From Eledone cirrhosa (taxonomy: Eukaryota): 64,000 bases of DNA. This document shows positions 19,583 to 37,330 of the stretch, one piece after another. The stretch is from contig OZ024741.1 of assembly GCA_964016885.1 (NCBI GenBank), positions 352,284,001-352,348,000 of the forward strand. The letters are read 5' to 3'. How positions within the stretch are numbered: position 1 is the first letter of the stretch; every line of letters starts with the position of its first letter. A program made the translations under genes and the position numbers. The notes beneath the pieces were generated by a model, which did not search any database, was not told the DNA's origin, and saw nothing but the letters and a program-made list of their open reading frames with translations.

Positions 19583-19667
19583 ACTTTGAATAACTTTGAA
19601 ATGTTTTGGCCAGTATTGGCCCAGGCCATGTCTAACTTAATAGCACCACCTGGCGAAGTCTTTCAAT

Positions 19668-22600
19668 TCAGGATTTGGGCACCATGGCCCATTCGAGAAG
19701 AGAATTACTGTTTGCGGAGACATATCCGGGTGTGGGTGGTTTGTCCGGGATTACTTGGAGGAATTTGTCCAAAGACTTCTTGAATTTTGAGTGGTCAGTA
19801 TCTGTTTTGACGTGTCCTGGTGTGATGTTGAAGAGAGCAGGGCCGATTGAGGTGAAATAATTGTGCCGTATTGTTGTTATGAGTTGCGATTTAGATTTTT
19901 GAATGGGACGGATAGCACGGGGCCCAAGCCTTGGGTGTATCTTGAAGGCGATGCCAACATCATTTGGGCAGTGATGATGGAACATTTTCCACATCATGCA
20001 GATAATATAACGCTCACGGCGACGTTGGAGTGAGTAATGTTTCAGGTTTTCCAATCGACCCCAGTAGTCAAGGTCTGACATGCCATCTATCTTTTTCGTG
20101 ATTGCCCTTTGAGGAGCTTCAAGTTTCATGATACTTTGTTTCGTGTGGGGAGACCACAGTGGACAACAGTATTCAAGGTGTGGTCGGGCGAAAGTAGAGA
20201 AGAGAAGGATAATGGTGCGGGAATCTCTCGACTGGAAGGTTCTGAGGATCCAGGAACACATTCTGCGGGCCATGTCAACTTTGCTGCTTATATGCGTGGT
20301 CCAGCTTATGTTGCTGTCCACGGTTACTCCCAAGTCTCTGATGTTGTTAGATGCCACGAGAGTTTCCCCGGAGGGAAGGGAGTACGGGAGTTTCAGAGCA
20401 TCCTCTTTTCTAAAGTGGATCAGTTCGAATTTGTCCTCGTTCAGTAACATGTTGTTCTTTTCTGCCCATTGGGTAACAGCCAGTAGGTCTGACTGAAGGC
20501 TTATCCGGTCATCCACGCCATTGATGACCTTTTGGAGCTTGGAATCATCAGCGAAAATTTTAATGTTGCTGTGTTTGATGATGTCAGTGATGTCATTAAT
20601 ATAGATGATGAAGAGAAGTGGGCCCAACACAGTGCCTTGTGGGACTCCACTACTGACTTTGGCTGGGCTTGATTTGACTCCCTCAACTACAACATGTTGG
20701 GTTCTGTTTGACAGGAAGCTCTTGATCCACTGCAGCAGCTTTCCAGTGACACCAATATTGGACAGCTTTCTCAGTAGAATGTTATGATCAACCCTGTCAA
20801 AGGCCTTGCTGAAATCAAGGTAGATAACATCAGTGTTGGAACCCTCTCCCAAGGCTCTCAAAATGTCATCAAAGTGATGCAGTAGTTGCGTCAGGCAATC
20901 CCTTCCATTACGGAATCCATGCTGGTTGGAGTTCAGCATATTGTTACTCTCAAGGAAGTGGGTCATTCGCGATCTCACCACTCGCTCAAATACCTTAATG
21001 ATATGAGAGGTGAGTGAGATTGGACGGTAATTCACGGCAAGGGATTTGTTTCCCTTTTTGAAAACTGGGACAACAGACTGGGATAGAAGGTTTTCTGGCA
21101 CATATCCAGCATCCAGTGAGTTCCGCCACAGATTGGCAAGAGGAGAAGCAAGTTGGTGTTGACACGCCTTCAGGACACAAGCAGGGAACCTATCGGGACC
21201 TACTGCTGAATTATGCTTGATTTCCTTTATTGCCGCCAAACGTTATGTCCGATAAGGTGTAATGGGGAGTAACATCGCCGATACAGCCCAGATCGGCCAT
21301 ATCAGGATTGCTGAAAACAGAGCAGTATTGTTTCTGCAGTATCTCACCCATGGTTTTAGCATTGTCTTGAAGAGTGCCATTTTCATCAATTAGAGGGCCA
21401 ACAGTAGAGCCAGTGATTTTGTGTTTTTTTGCAAATGAAAAGAACACTTTGGGATTGAGTTTGATCTTCTCAATGGCCCAGGCCTCTTCAGCTCTTCTCT
21501 GATTGTTGATGAGGGACATTATGTTGTTTTGGAGGTTATGTTTTTTAATCTCTAGTGATGAAATGGCAGTCAAGTTGATGTGTTGCTGCTGACAGTATTT
21601 CAGCTTGTTGATTTTTTTGTTCGTCCTCTTAATTTTTCTGATGAGCGTTTTTCTATTTCTAGGGATTCTGCTCTTAGATTTGTTTATAGTTCTTAATGGG
21701 GTGTGTTTAGCACATATGTTTGTAACAGTGTCCACAAATGTCTGCCAGGACTTTTTGATGTTAGTGGGTGTATGAGTGTGCGTGAAGGACCAGTCGACAT
21801 GTGCAAGATCATGACTGATCGCTTCCTAGTTTGCATTGTGGAAATCCATAGCGTCAAACGGATGGACAGGAGAGATGACATTGGGTTTGTATATTGGACG
21901 GTGGAATCTCAGATCACAGAGAACCATGTCATGATCAGAGAGTAGAGTTTTCTCCACTGCAATATTGTGGATATTGTCAGTGTGATTGCTGAAAATTAAG
22001 TCGAGGACGTTTTTGTGGCACCTCGTTGGTTCGAGCACTAGTTGGGATAGGAAGAAATCATCCATGAAGTCAAGAAGTGATTCCACAGCTTCCCTGTCAG
22101 AGGTTGAGGCAGAAGAACCTGGTGGCAGGGTGTTTGTGGACCAGTCAACTCCGGGGAGGTTGAAGTCCCCCATCATTAAGATGTTGTCAGGGTGACACTC
22201 TTGGATGAAACACTTTATGCTGTTGAGGCATTCCTTGAAGCATGGTACAGGCGTTTGGGGTGGCCTATAGAGCCCAACTACTAATAGGTTGTTGGTTTGA
22301 CTGAATACAGTGACTGCCTCACAGTATCCATTAGTGAATATGTTCATAGCCTCTGTTGAGAAAGAATTATGGACATAAATGGCAGTTCCGCCCTTTCTTC
22401 TGCCAGCGCGATCAGCACGGATGGCTTTGAAATTTTTCACTTTCACCTCGGCTTCCAAGTGGAGGTTACTGAGATGGGTTTCAGTGAGGACGAAGAAAGG
22501 GATGTGGTTTGGATGGACATCAATCCAGTCCTCCAGGAATTTGATCTTCCATTTTTGAGTATTGGTGGAAGGGCTGATGCCTTGGGCGTTAAGCAAAAAT

Positions 22601-22788
22601 GTAGAGGCGAGAGTGGATGGTTTTAATTGTTTTGGTGTGTTGTTAATTTGTTTGTTTGTTAATGGCAGCAATGGGAGTTTGTGCAGTGGGGTGATAGTGG
22701 AGGGTGGTGCTGGGTTATAGCTCGAATGTTTTTTTCCAGTTCTTTTGCCAGATTCATTATGGCTAAAAAAGAGGAAGAAGTTTCCTGT
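19668..22788 (-). pseudogene. LINE ORF2 (apurinic endonuclease plus reverse transcriptase) with two lesions
   Basis: APE motifs LLNAQGI, LTETHL, GLYRPP, MGDFNLP, LDLIF, SDH. In-frame TAG at 21826-21828 (likely TGG). Frameshifting deletion near 21240 (DITF to AAIKEIK). RT motifs [25 protein letters not shown]. Confidence 0.92.
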
Positions 22789-23795
22789 TTAGAAGACTGT
22801 TGGTGACTGTGGTAGTGGTTATTTTTATGTAGGTTATGGTTTTTGTTTTTGCTTTTATTTTTAATTTTATTTTCATTTATCCGACGGGTCCCCGGGAGAT
22901 GGGTAAAGGGACAATCCCGGTCTAAACACAATCTGTCTCGCAGGGAAAAACGGCAGATTTGTGGATTCCTTGTTTGAGTTATTGGTGGTTGTGTTGGTGT
23001 TAAATTAGAGTATGTATTATGGTGGTGGCTGTTTGTGGGGATAGATCGTTTTGTCCTAGGTAAATGGGTGAATTTGCAGCCACTATCCGTACATATTCTA
23101 TAGCGTAGAGAGTAGCGGCAAATGATGGGGTTTCGAGTGGGTGGGTATGTGGGTGTGGGTGTTGTGAGAGGTGTGGATGATTGTTTGGGTAGGATTTGAT
23201 GACCTTTGTGGACTGTGGGAGGGAGAGTTCTTGTTCTGGTATTAGAAGGTAAATTCCTTGACATAGCAGTAGACAAAAATGTTGTAGTAGTAGTAGTAGT
23301 AGGCAGAGATGTTGGCAGTGGTGATGATTGGACTGCTGGGCCAGAGAAAGGATGTGGCGTTTCATGCTGTGAGACAGAGGCTACTGGGGGGTCAATAGTT
23401 TCATTTAGTAGATCGGCCATTGTTGATGAATCAAGGAGTGGTTCACACTGTTGTTGTCGTTGTTGTTGTTGTTGTTGCTGTTGTTGATGTTGTTGTTGTA
23501 GCTGTTGTAGCTGCTGTTGTTGTTGTTGCTGCTGCTGGACAGCATTCGAAGAGAAAACACACCGTAGTTTATCCAAATGTTTATTGATTAATTTAAAAGC
23601 AATTTCGATTTGCTTTAATTTATTTTGAATCTGTTGTTCAGATCGAGTTTTCAAAAATTGAACTGTACGTTTAGCAATGTCGTTCAGAGATGAAGCATCT
23701 ATATTTTCTGTTTGGGAAAGGCAATGCCATGTGTTTATTAGAATGTCGATTTCATTATCAGACCAGTTCTGTTTGGATTTTTGCTGGTTAGCCAT
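22659..23795 (-). CDS. LINE ORF1 protein: Myb/SANT-like N-terminus, poly-Q, two CCCH zinc fingers
   Basis: ATG-initiated 378-aa ORF directly upstream of ORF2. WSDNEIDILINTW...RSEQQIQNKLK; CRYSLRYRICTDSGCKFTH and CRFSLRDRLCLDRDCPFTH. Confidence 0.8.
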   Translation of the reverse strand: MANQQKSKQNWSDNEIDILINTWHCLSQTENIDASSLNDIAKRTVQFLKTRSEQQIQNKLKQIEIAFKLINKHLDKLRCVFSSNAVQQQQQQQQQLQQLQQQHQQQQQQQQQRQQQCEPLLDSSTMADLLNETIDPPVASVSQHETPHPFSGPAVQSSPLPTSLPTTTTTTTFLSTAMSRNLPSNTRTRTLPPTVHKGHQILPKQSSTPLTTPTPTYPPTRNPIICRYSLRYRICTDSGCKFTHLPRTKRSIPTNSHHHNTYSNLTPTQPPITQTRNPQICRFSLRDRLCLDRDCPFTHLPGTRRINENKIKNKSKNKNHNLHKNNHYHSHQQSSKQETSSSFLAIMNLAKELEKNIRAITQHHPPLSPHCTNSHCCH

Positions 23796-23806
23796 TCTAG
23801 TTTTGA

Positions 23807-24395
23807 GTGTGTGTGTGTTTTAGTTAAGTATTTCAATATATATATATTTTTTTTTTAAATTTATTTTTGATTTATTTTTGTTTTTTGTTTTTCTTGTGTG
23901 TGAGTGAGAAGCGTATATATATAAATATGAGTATATATATATATATATATGTATATTCTGGTTATTTGAAATTAATTAAGTTAATGAAAAGACGAAAGTA
24001 TATAATAATAATTTGTAGTTAAAGGAAAATGTACTCACAAGTTCGTGTGTGTGTGTTTTAGTTAAGTATTTCAATATATATATATTTTTTTTTAAATTTA
24101 TTTTTGATTTATTTTTGTTTTTTGTTTTTCTTGTGTGTGAGTGAGAAGCGTATATATATAAATATGAGTATATATATATATATATGTATATTCTGGTTAT
24201 TTGAAATTAATTAAGTTAATGAAAAGACGAAAGTATATAATAATAATTTGTAGTTAAAGGAAAATGTACTCACAAGTTCGAAAACACGTGGTTTCAAATA
24301 TATAATAATATAGATGTATGAAAAATGTATTAACCGGTCAATTTTCAAATATATAATAATATAGATGTATGAAAATGTATTAACCGGTCAATTTT
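23807..24395. repeat. Tandem duplications in the LINE 5' UTR (~238 bp x2, then ~52 bp x2)
   Basis: 23807-24045 is repeated at ~24045-24280; TTTCAAATATATAATAATATAGATGTATGAAAA(A)TGTATTAACCGGTCAATT occurs twice in 24292-24395. Confidence 0.92.
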
Positions 24396-24565
24396 TGTTT
24401 GTTTGGTTTTGTCTTGTGGTTTTGTTTTGTGGCTGAGTTTTGTGGCTGTGTGACTTGCTGCTTACTCGGGGAGAGAAGTAAAAACACGTCCTTATACTTC
24501 AACTGCTCAACTGCTATATATATATGTATATATATATATAGCAGTTGAGCAGTTGAAGTAACTGC

Positions 24566-28370
<3,805 letters not shown>

Positions 28371-28450
28371 AAAGTAATTCTGTCGGAAAAGTCCAGGAAA
28401 AAAGAATGCTCTATGTAAGCAACAGAGCTTAATTATTATTATTATGTAAT

Positions 28451-28549
28451 AAACAACATAAGGCAATTATTCCATTTACCAGTGGTTTCTTAAAAGCAAA
28501 AAGGTTTTGCTTTCAATCCTCAGAATGAAAAAATCCTGGTTTGTTTATT
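28451..28549 (+). repeat. Dispersed ~90-bp repeat, second copy at ~30191-30280
   Basis: CAACATAAGGCAATTATTCCATTTAC...GGTTTCTTAA.AGCAAAAA...CAG.ATGA.A.A..CCTGG at both sites; family unknown. Confidence 0.7.
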
Positions 28550-28814
28550 GAATTTGGATCTTAAAAAAACAAAAAAAAAAGCAAGCTATATGAAAGTGAG
28601 GCTGGAGAAGGAAGAAGGAAAGGAAAAATAAAATAAGACTACACATACAACCACACATACACGAAAAAACATAAAAGCACACACACACACACACACACAT
28701 ACACACACACGTTATTCCCGGGTTTAATCGGAGGCAGCCACAGTAAGCAAGGCACTCAGTACACCGCAGAGCATGAAAGTTTTAATATAGATGAGAATCT
28801 GTATATGTATACAA

Positions 28815-28910
<96 letters not shown>

Positions 28911-29996
28911 GTGTATGCGCGCACGCACGCACGCGTATACAAATATAAATATATTTCCCCCATAGACATGTGTGTGCGTGCAAGTGTCTCGTGAATTAGA
29001 TTATACTTAGAAAATGTCTACAGAATTCCCTAAACCTTCGTCAATTTACTAGAACCTTTAGGAATTTAGCTTTTAAGGAATCTCCCCTTCCTCCAAATCT
29101 ATCTACCATGACTGACCCCATACTGATCTTACAGACACCTGTAAGCTAAAGAGAAACCTAATGATAAGGATTGGCTCCAATCTGAATACAGAAATCTGTC
29201 TGCCTTTGTTCCTCTAAGAACAAACATATATATATATATATACAAACATTCACACACACACACACACACACGCATATATACACACACACACATATATACA
29301 CGCATATATATATATGCGCGTGCGTACACGCATACACATACGTACACATAGCCATACCCACACACATATATATATATATATAATATATACATACATACAT
29401 ACATACATTCACACAATCAAACATATATACACACGTACATGCATACACATACATAAATGCACTCCTCTACATATTCACACACGCAAATAAATATAGGAAA
29501 AATATATATATATATATATATTATAAAAACATTGAGACCGTTACATAAGGCAGCAAACTGGACAGACAAGCGTGGTAAGAAACACACACAAAAGCACATA
29601 TACATACGCACGAAATAGTCAACGCATTCACACTCTCTCACACATAAAAAAATTTCAAATACAAATACAAAAACGCATACATACGCATACATGCAAAACC
29701 ACGCACAAGTGTACAATCTATACACACACACACGTGTATACAACTATATGCACACACACACACACACATATATCACACACACACACACATATATGCATAC
29801 ATATACACACACATATATATACATAAATACAAACGTACACACACACATATATACACGTACACATACACACACATATACATACATACTAAACAATTATACA
29901 CATACAAATACGAATATATCATAAACACGCACAACAGAACACAAACACACACACACACACACATACAATTATCAATATATACACATGCACATATGT

Positions 29997-30033
<37 letters not shown>

Positions 30034-30431
30034 CACATATGCATGCATATACACATATACACACATACACACAACCACGCACACACATGCATACGCATAC
30101 ACACACGTATATGCGTGTGTGTATGTAAAACTCAATCTTAGATAAATCATAAGGACCTTACATATACGTATATATAGTAGTAAAGTATTAAAGCAACATA
30201 AGGCAATTATTCCATTTACTAAGGGTTTCTTAACAGCAAAAAAATTGTTCCTACAATCTTCAGGATGAGAGAAACCTGGCTTATCCACACATACACATAT
30301 ATACACACACACAAATACATACACATATAAATACATACACACAGGCACACACACACATACGTATAAACATATATACATACACTACATACACACATACACA
30401 TACACACACATATCTATATGTATATATATAT

Positions 30432-30502
<71 letters not shown>

Positions 30503-30509
30503 AATATAC

Positions 30510-31231
30510 ATACACATAGGTATGTGGAGGGCAAGGCAAAAAGAATATATGGGGGGGGGGCATAGGAGAAGGTAAAATATAAGGGGAGGTAAGGGAGAAA
30601 AAAATATATAATAAATGTAAGTATACAAGAGTACAGAACGTAGAAACAGTAAAATAAAAGCCGTAGCAGAAGTAAGGAGCGGAGGAAGAGTTCAAGGCGG
30701 TTGATTTCTCATATGAGTGTCAATCCAGTTACAGATCAGGTGCGGTCTCAGATGAGGACAGCATCTGAAGATCTCAGTCTTTGAATTAAGGCAAGCGGAA
30801 GTGTCTCTCAAGTTTAGCAAAATCCTATACTTTTCTGTGGTACACAAATAACAATTCTGTGTGCCCCTTTGGTACTCCCTCGAATGGTCTAATATAGACC
30901 AATCAATAGAGTACGGGATGTTACTATCCTTGAGTTCCCACACCTTACTTGCGAGGGCCGTTGATGTTCGTTTATCGGAGTGCTTAAAAGAAGCGACATG
31001 TGAGTAAAATCTGGTCATACCGACATATCGCTCACTCCTGGCTGGCTGGTTGTTGATTACTGGTGTTATCGTAGCCTCATAAACGACAGATTTAGTGTTA
31101 CATCTACCCTGCAATGGGCATTCGTCCGGCTTCCTGCAACTGCATCCTGGATTTATTCTCGTCCGGTTTGAGCTGGTGATTTTGGACTTCATAGATGGGC
31201 AACAAGAGTAGCTGATCTTGACTACGTTCCT
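30510..31231 (-). mobile_element. 5'-truncated Penelope-like element (GIY-YIG endonuclease and 3' region)
   Basis: RNVVKISYSC...GCSCRKPDECPLQGRCNTKSVVYEATI...RYVGMT...STALASKVWELK...CYLCTTEKYRIL...LNSKTEIFRCCPH (ORF 30692-31192). Confidence 0.88.
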
Positions 31232-34250
<3,019 letters not shown>

Positions 34251-34322
34251 TCATAAATTCGTAAACATATCTGATTGAATGCTAAAGCTTTTTTTCTTTC
34301 TCTTTTTTTTATATTTTGGCAG

Positions 34323-34570
34323 GCAACATTCGCTATCCATTCCCAGCTACCGTGTACCCTGACAGTGTAAATGGTCCCGCATATGCATTCAACCCGGCAG
34401 CTGCGGCTGCTGTTGCGATGGGGGTCCACTCGACCACTCTGGACACCCACCCTGCAGTGGTGCAGCACACCCACAACACCCCCCATAGCACTCCACACAG
34501 CACTCCACACAGCACTCTACCAGATTCGGGCAATCACATGGCTAAGGCTGAAAGTTCAGAGGTCCATTAA
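34323..34570 (+). CDS. CtBP: Terminal coding exon, probably the C-terminal tail of C-terminal binding protein
   Basis: Long polypyrimidine tract then GCAG acceptor (phase 1), GC-rich frame to TAA. Peptide ...VNGPAYAF...VHSTT...AKAESSEVH* resembles, from my recollection, the NGxxY, AHSTT, KxE and terminal SEVH motifs of protostome CtBP tails. Needs BLAST confirmation. Confidence 0.72.
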
Positions 34571-34581
34571 CTTTTTTTGTT

Positions 34582-34619
<38 letters not shown>

Positions 34620-34936
34620 TTTTTTTTTTAACAAAATTTTTTTTTTTTAATTAAATTTAATTTCAAATTTTTTAAAATATTCTCTTTTAACTTAGCCGAT
34701 TTTTCATTTTTTTTTTTATTTTTATTTTTTTCCTGAAACGATTATCATTAAAGTTTTTTTTTAATCCCTCCCATTCTCACTCTATTTGTCTTTTCACTCT
34801 TTTTCTTCTCTCTCGCTCTCTCTATATATATTTCTACTATTTACCCTCGCCCACCATCCCCCCCCCCCCCCCCCAGTCTTTTTTTTTCTTCCCTGTTTTT
34901 CAACAATAACATGATGATCATCTCTGACAACAGCTG

Positions 34937-34942
34937 AATAAA
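34937..34942 (+). promoter_or_regulatory. Candidate polyadenylation signal for the CtBP-like transcript
   Basis: First AATAAA I can find downstream of the stop codon; weak evidence in AT-rich DNA. Confidence 0.3.
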
Positions 34943-35029
34943 AGGCTATTTAAAAAAAAACATAAATAATTAGAAAAACAGCAACAGTGACAAAAAGTGG
35001 TATCCAGATTGTTAGTTATTTGAATTGTG

Positions 35030-35062
<33 letters not shown>

Positions 35063-35289
35063 AATTAACAATGTCTCTCACATTCTAACTTTGTAAGTTA
35101 ATATGCACAGCCTATGATTAAGGAGTTGAATTCACAATAGGTGTGTTGTCTTCTTGAGCAAGACACTTCTTCGTGTTTGCACTGGAGCCCTTAACATTAA
35201 AACACCCAAGAAACCCCTTATGAGATACAATCTTATTGGAGGCCAGCTGTAAATTTCAATTTTCATAATTGAAAGTGTATGTATTAAAG

Positions 35290-35715
35290 TGAAGGCATGT
35301 GCTTTTGTAGCTATGGTTTTGGGTCTATGATCTTAATATCATGCTCTTGAGCAAAACACTTCATTTCATTTTGCTCCATGTACTCAGCTGAAATTAAGTA
35401 TCATCATCATCATCAGCAGTGGGAGTTAACTGTCTGATGGACTGGCATCCTGTCCAGTGGGGTAGTATTGTACTCTTAGTACAATACTACTAGGATGAGA
35501 CTCCAGTGTTTGGATAGACTTTAACCTTTTTTTTAATAATTGAGGTTAAGGTATTGGACTCATGATCATGAGGTTATGGATTTTATTTCACATTGCTCTG
35601 GCCGACTCAGCTGAAAGAAATGAGCAGCACCAGCTGGGAGGCCACATTTGCCATGGACTGTCATCTAGTCAAGTGGAGAGACTTTTCATGATAAGACTGG
35701 GGTCCCTATCATTAA
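35290..35715 (+). mobile_element. Old SINE remnants (two degraded copies)
   Basis: GAAGGCATGTG head, CTTGAGCAAAACACTTCATTTCA...GCTCCA...ACTCAGCTG and GACTGGGGTCCCTATCAT motifs shared with the intact SINEs. Confidence 0.55.
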
Positions 35716-36029
35716 AACACTTGTAAAACTTATAGTTGAAAACTTTTAGGAAGCCTACTAAACCCATATAAGTGAAAACTAAAAATAACATATACATGTA
35801 TATCACTCTCTCTATCAATCTTAACTCATTAATTCATAATTGTCAAATAATAATAATATATGCATGTATATATATAATTGCATGCATGTATGAGTATGTA
35901 TGCTGTATCCATATTTAGTGTGTGTGTGTGCGTGTGTATATATATATATATAGTGCGTGTATGTGATTCAGTGAATTACTGGTGGTGGTACCAATATGAG
36001 CACTCGATACACAGGCAGAGTGTATATAT

Positions 36030-36282
36030 TAAGAAAAACAATGAAGTTTTGTATACATGTATTTAGCCCTTAATTGTGTATTGACCTGTTATGCACGTTT
36101 CGTAGAGGATTAGCTCACGGTCTTCCATAGAAGTTATCGACTTGACTCCAGTGTTGATCTGCTCTTCAGACTGGTGATTCAACTTATATGGATGACTTGG
36201 ACCAATCCTTTGTGAAATGCACTAAACAGGTTGCTACACAATAAAAACCTAAATACATGTAAACGTAACTTTGTTTCTCTTA
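36030..36282. repeat. Old inverted-repeat element with a degenerate minus-strand hammerhead (36085-36174)
   Basis: TACATGTATTTAG...ATTGTGTA...ACCTGTT vs AACAGGT...TACACAAT...CTAAATACATGTA. Minus strand CCAGT-CTGAAGA-GCAGA...TCTAC-GAAA-CGTGCA-TA-ACAGG. Confidence 0.55.
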
Positions 36283-36314
36283 ATATATGTGTGTGTGTAT
36301 ATATATATATATAT

Positions 36315-37058
36315 ATACTATAGAGTAAAGCATGTCCAGAGAATTATTTGATAATATATATACATCATTTCTACTCCCAATTATCATAATTAACCACACA
36401 AAAAATCAATTAGACCAGGCTATAAGAATAAAAGGCACCTATGAAGAAACAGTAAATAAATACTCCACAGCAGCGTCTTTGCGGCCAACCACTATAGAAT
36501 ATTTACCCAACATTTCAACAGTACATGGAAATTAATTAAATATACGATCAACCATACATAATTAGGTAAAAATTAAAGTTACAAATGCTTATATACATAC
36601 CAGGATTAAATCCCTAAATCCCGACCCATGGGTTTCGCTCACATTTTGAGATATCTTATTAAGGATAAATCTTGAGTTTAGAGCTCTTCAGGGGACAAAC
36701 TCGCTAGGACAGATTATTTTCCAAAGTGGCCCCCGCCAAACACGAATTCAAAATGGTTGAGAACTGTGACGTGGCAGTGGTCAAGTCAGAAAGAGTGTGA
36801 TTGGTTGCTTACGGTGAGTGGGTTGGTTGCTAGAAAGCGCAGCCCAATATCGCACAAATTGTATCTCAACCTTATGGGAGATTATTAAATATAAATATTT
36901 ACACATACACTAATTAAACAAAGTCACAGGTATATATGTGTTTTGGCAACTATTCACGATGTGGCTCAATGAAGAATTAATAAATTAAATAATCAGAGCA
37001 AAATACTATAGAGTAAAGCATGTCCAGAGAATTATTTGATAATATATATACATCATTT
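36315..37058 (-). mobile_element. Non-coding 688-bp unit with a 56-bp terminal direct repeat and an intact hammerhead (retrozyme or pLTR-like)
   Basis: Identical 56-mer at 36315-36370 and 37003-37058; hammerhead at 36619-36695; microsatellite on both flanks. Confidence 0.72.
36619..36695 (-). ncRNA. Type I hammerhead ribozyme with fully canonical core
   Basis: Minus strand: TCCC-CTGAAGA-GCTC...GAGC-GAAA-CCCATGGG-TC-GGGA. G-C first pair in stem II, palindromic stem III, GUC triplet. Confidence 0.87.
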
Positions 37059-37063
37059 GTGTG

Positions 37064-37126
<63 letters not shown>

Positions 37127-37330
37127 GCATGTAGTTTTAATAAATAGTTTTTACAATGTTTTTGTCCCTACCCTCTCTATCACTCACCTACAATTGCTAA
37201 TCTATATTGCTTCCTCTTCAACTCTCAGCCCTCTCTCATTCACTTTACTTACAAGTCTTCTTGAAAAATATCTAAAACAAATATCATTTCTTGCATTTCT
37301 CTATTTCCCTTTATTTTTCTCTCTTAATTT

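Larger units (their letters stand above)
19581..24514 (-). mobile_element. Near full-length CR1-group LINE (element B, ~4.9 kb)
   Basis: 5' UTR with tandem duplications, ORF1, APE plus RT ORF2, and a 3' tail of (TTCAAAGTTA)2. Flanked by AT satellite on both sides. Confidence 0.93.

Noticed and set aside
34576-34606. A-tract of ~31 nt just after the stop codon, suggesting a processed pseudogene
   Set aside because: The exon has an intact intronic acceptor, no joined upstream exons, no AATAAA before the tract and no TSD. More likely a genomic A-run in the 3' UTR.
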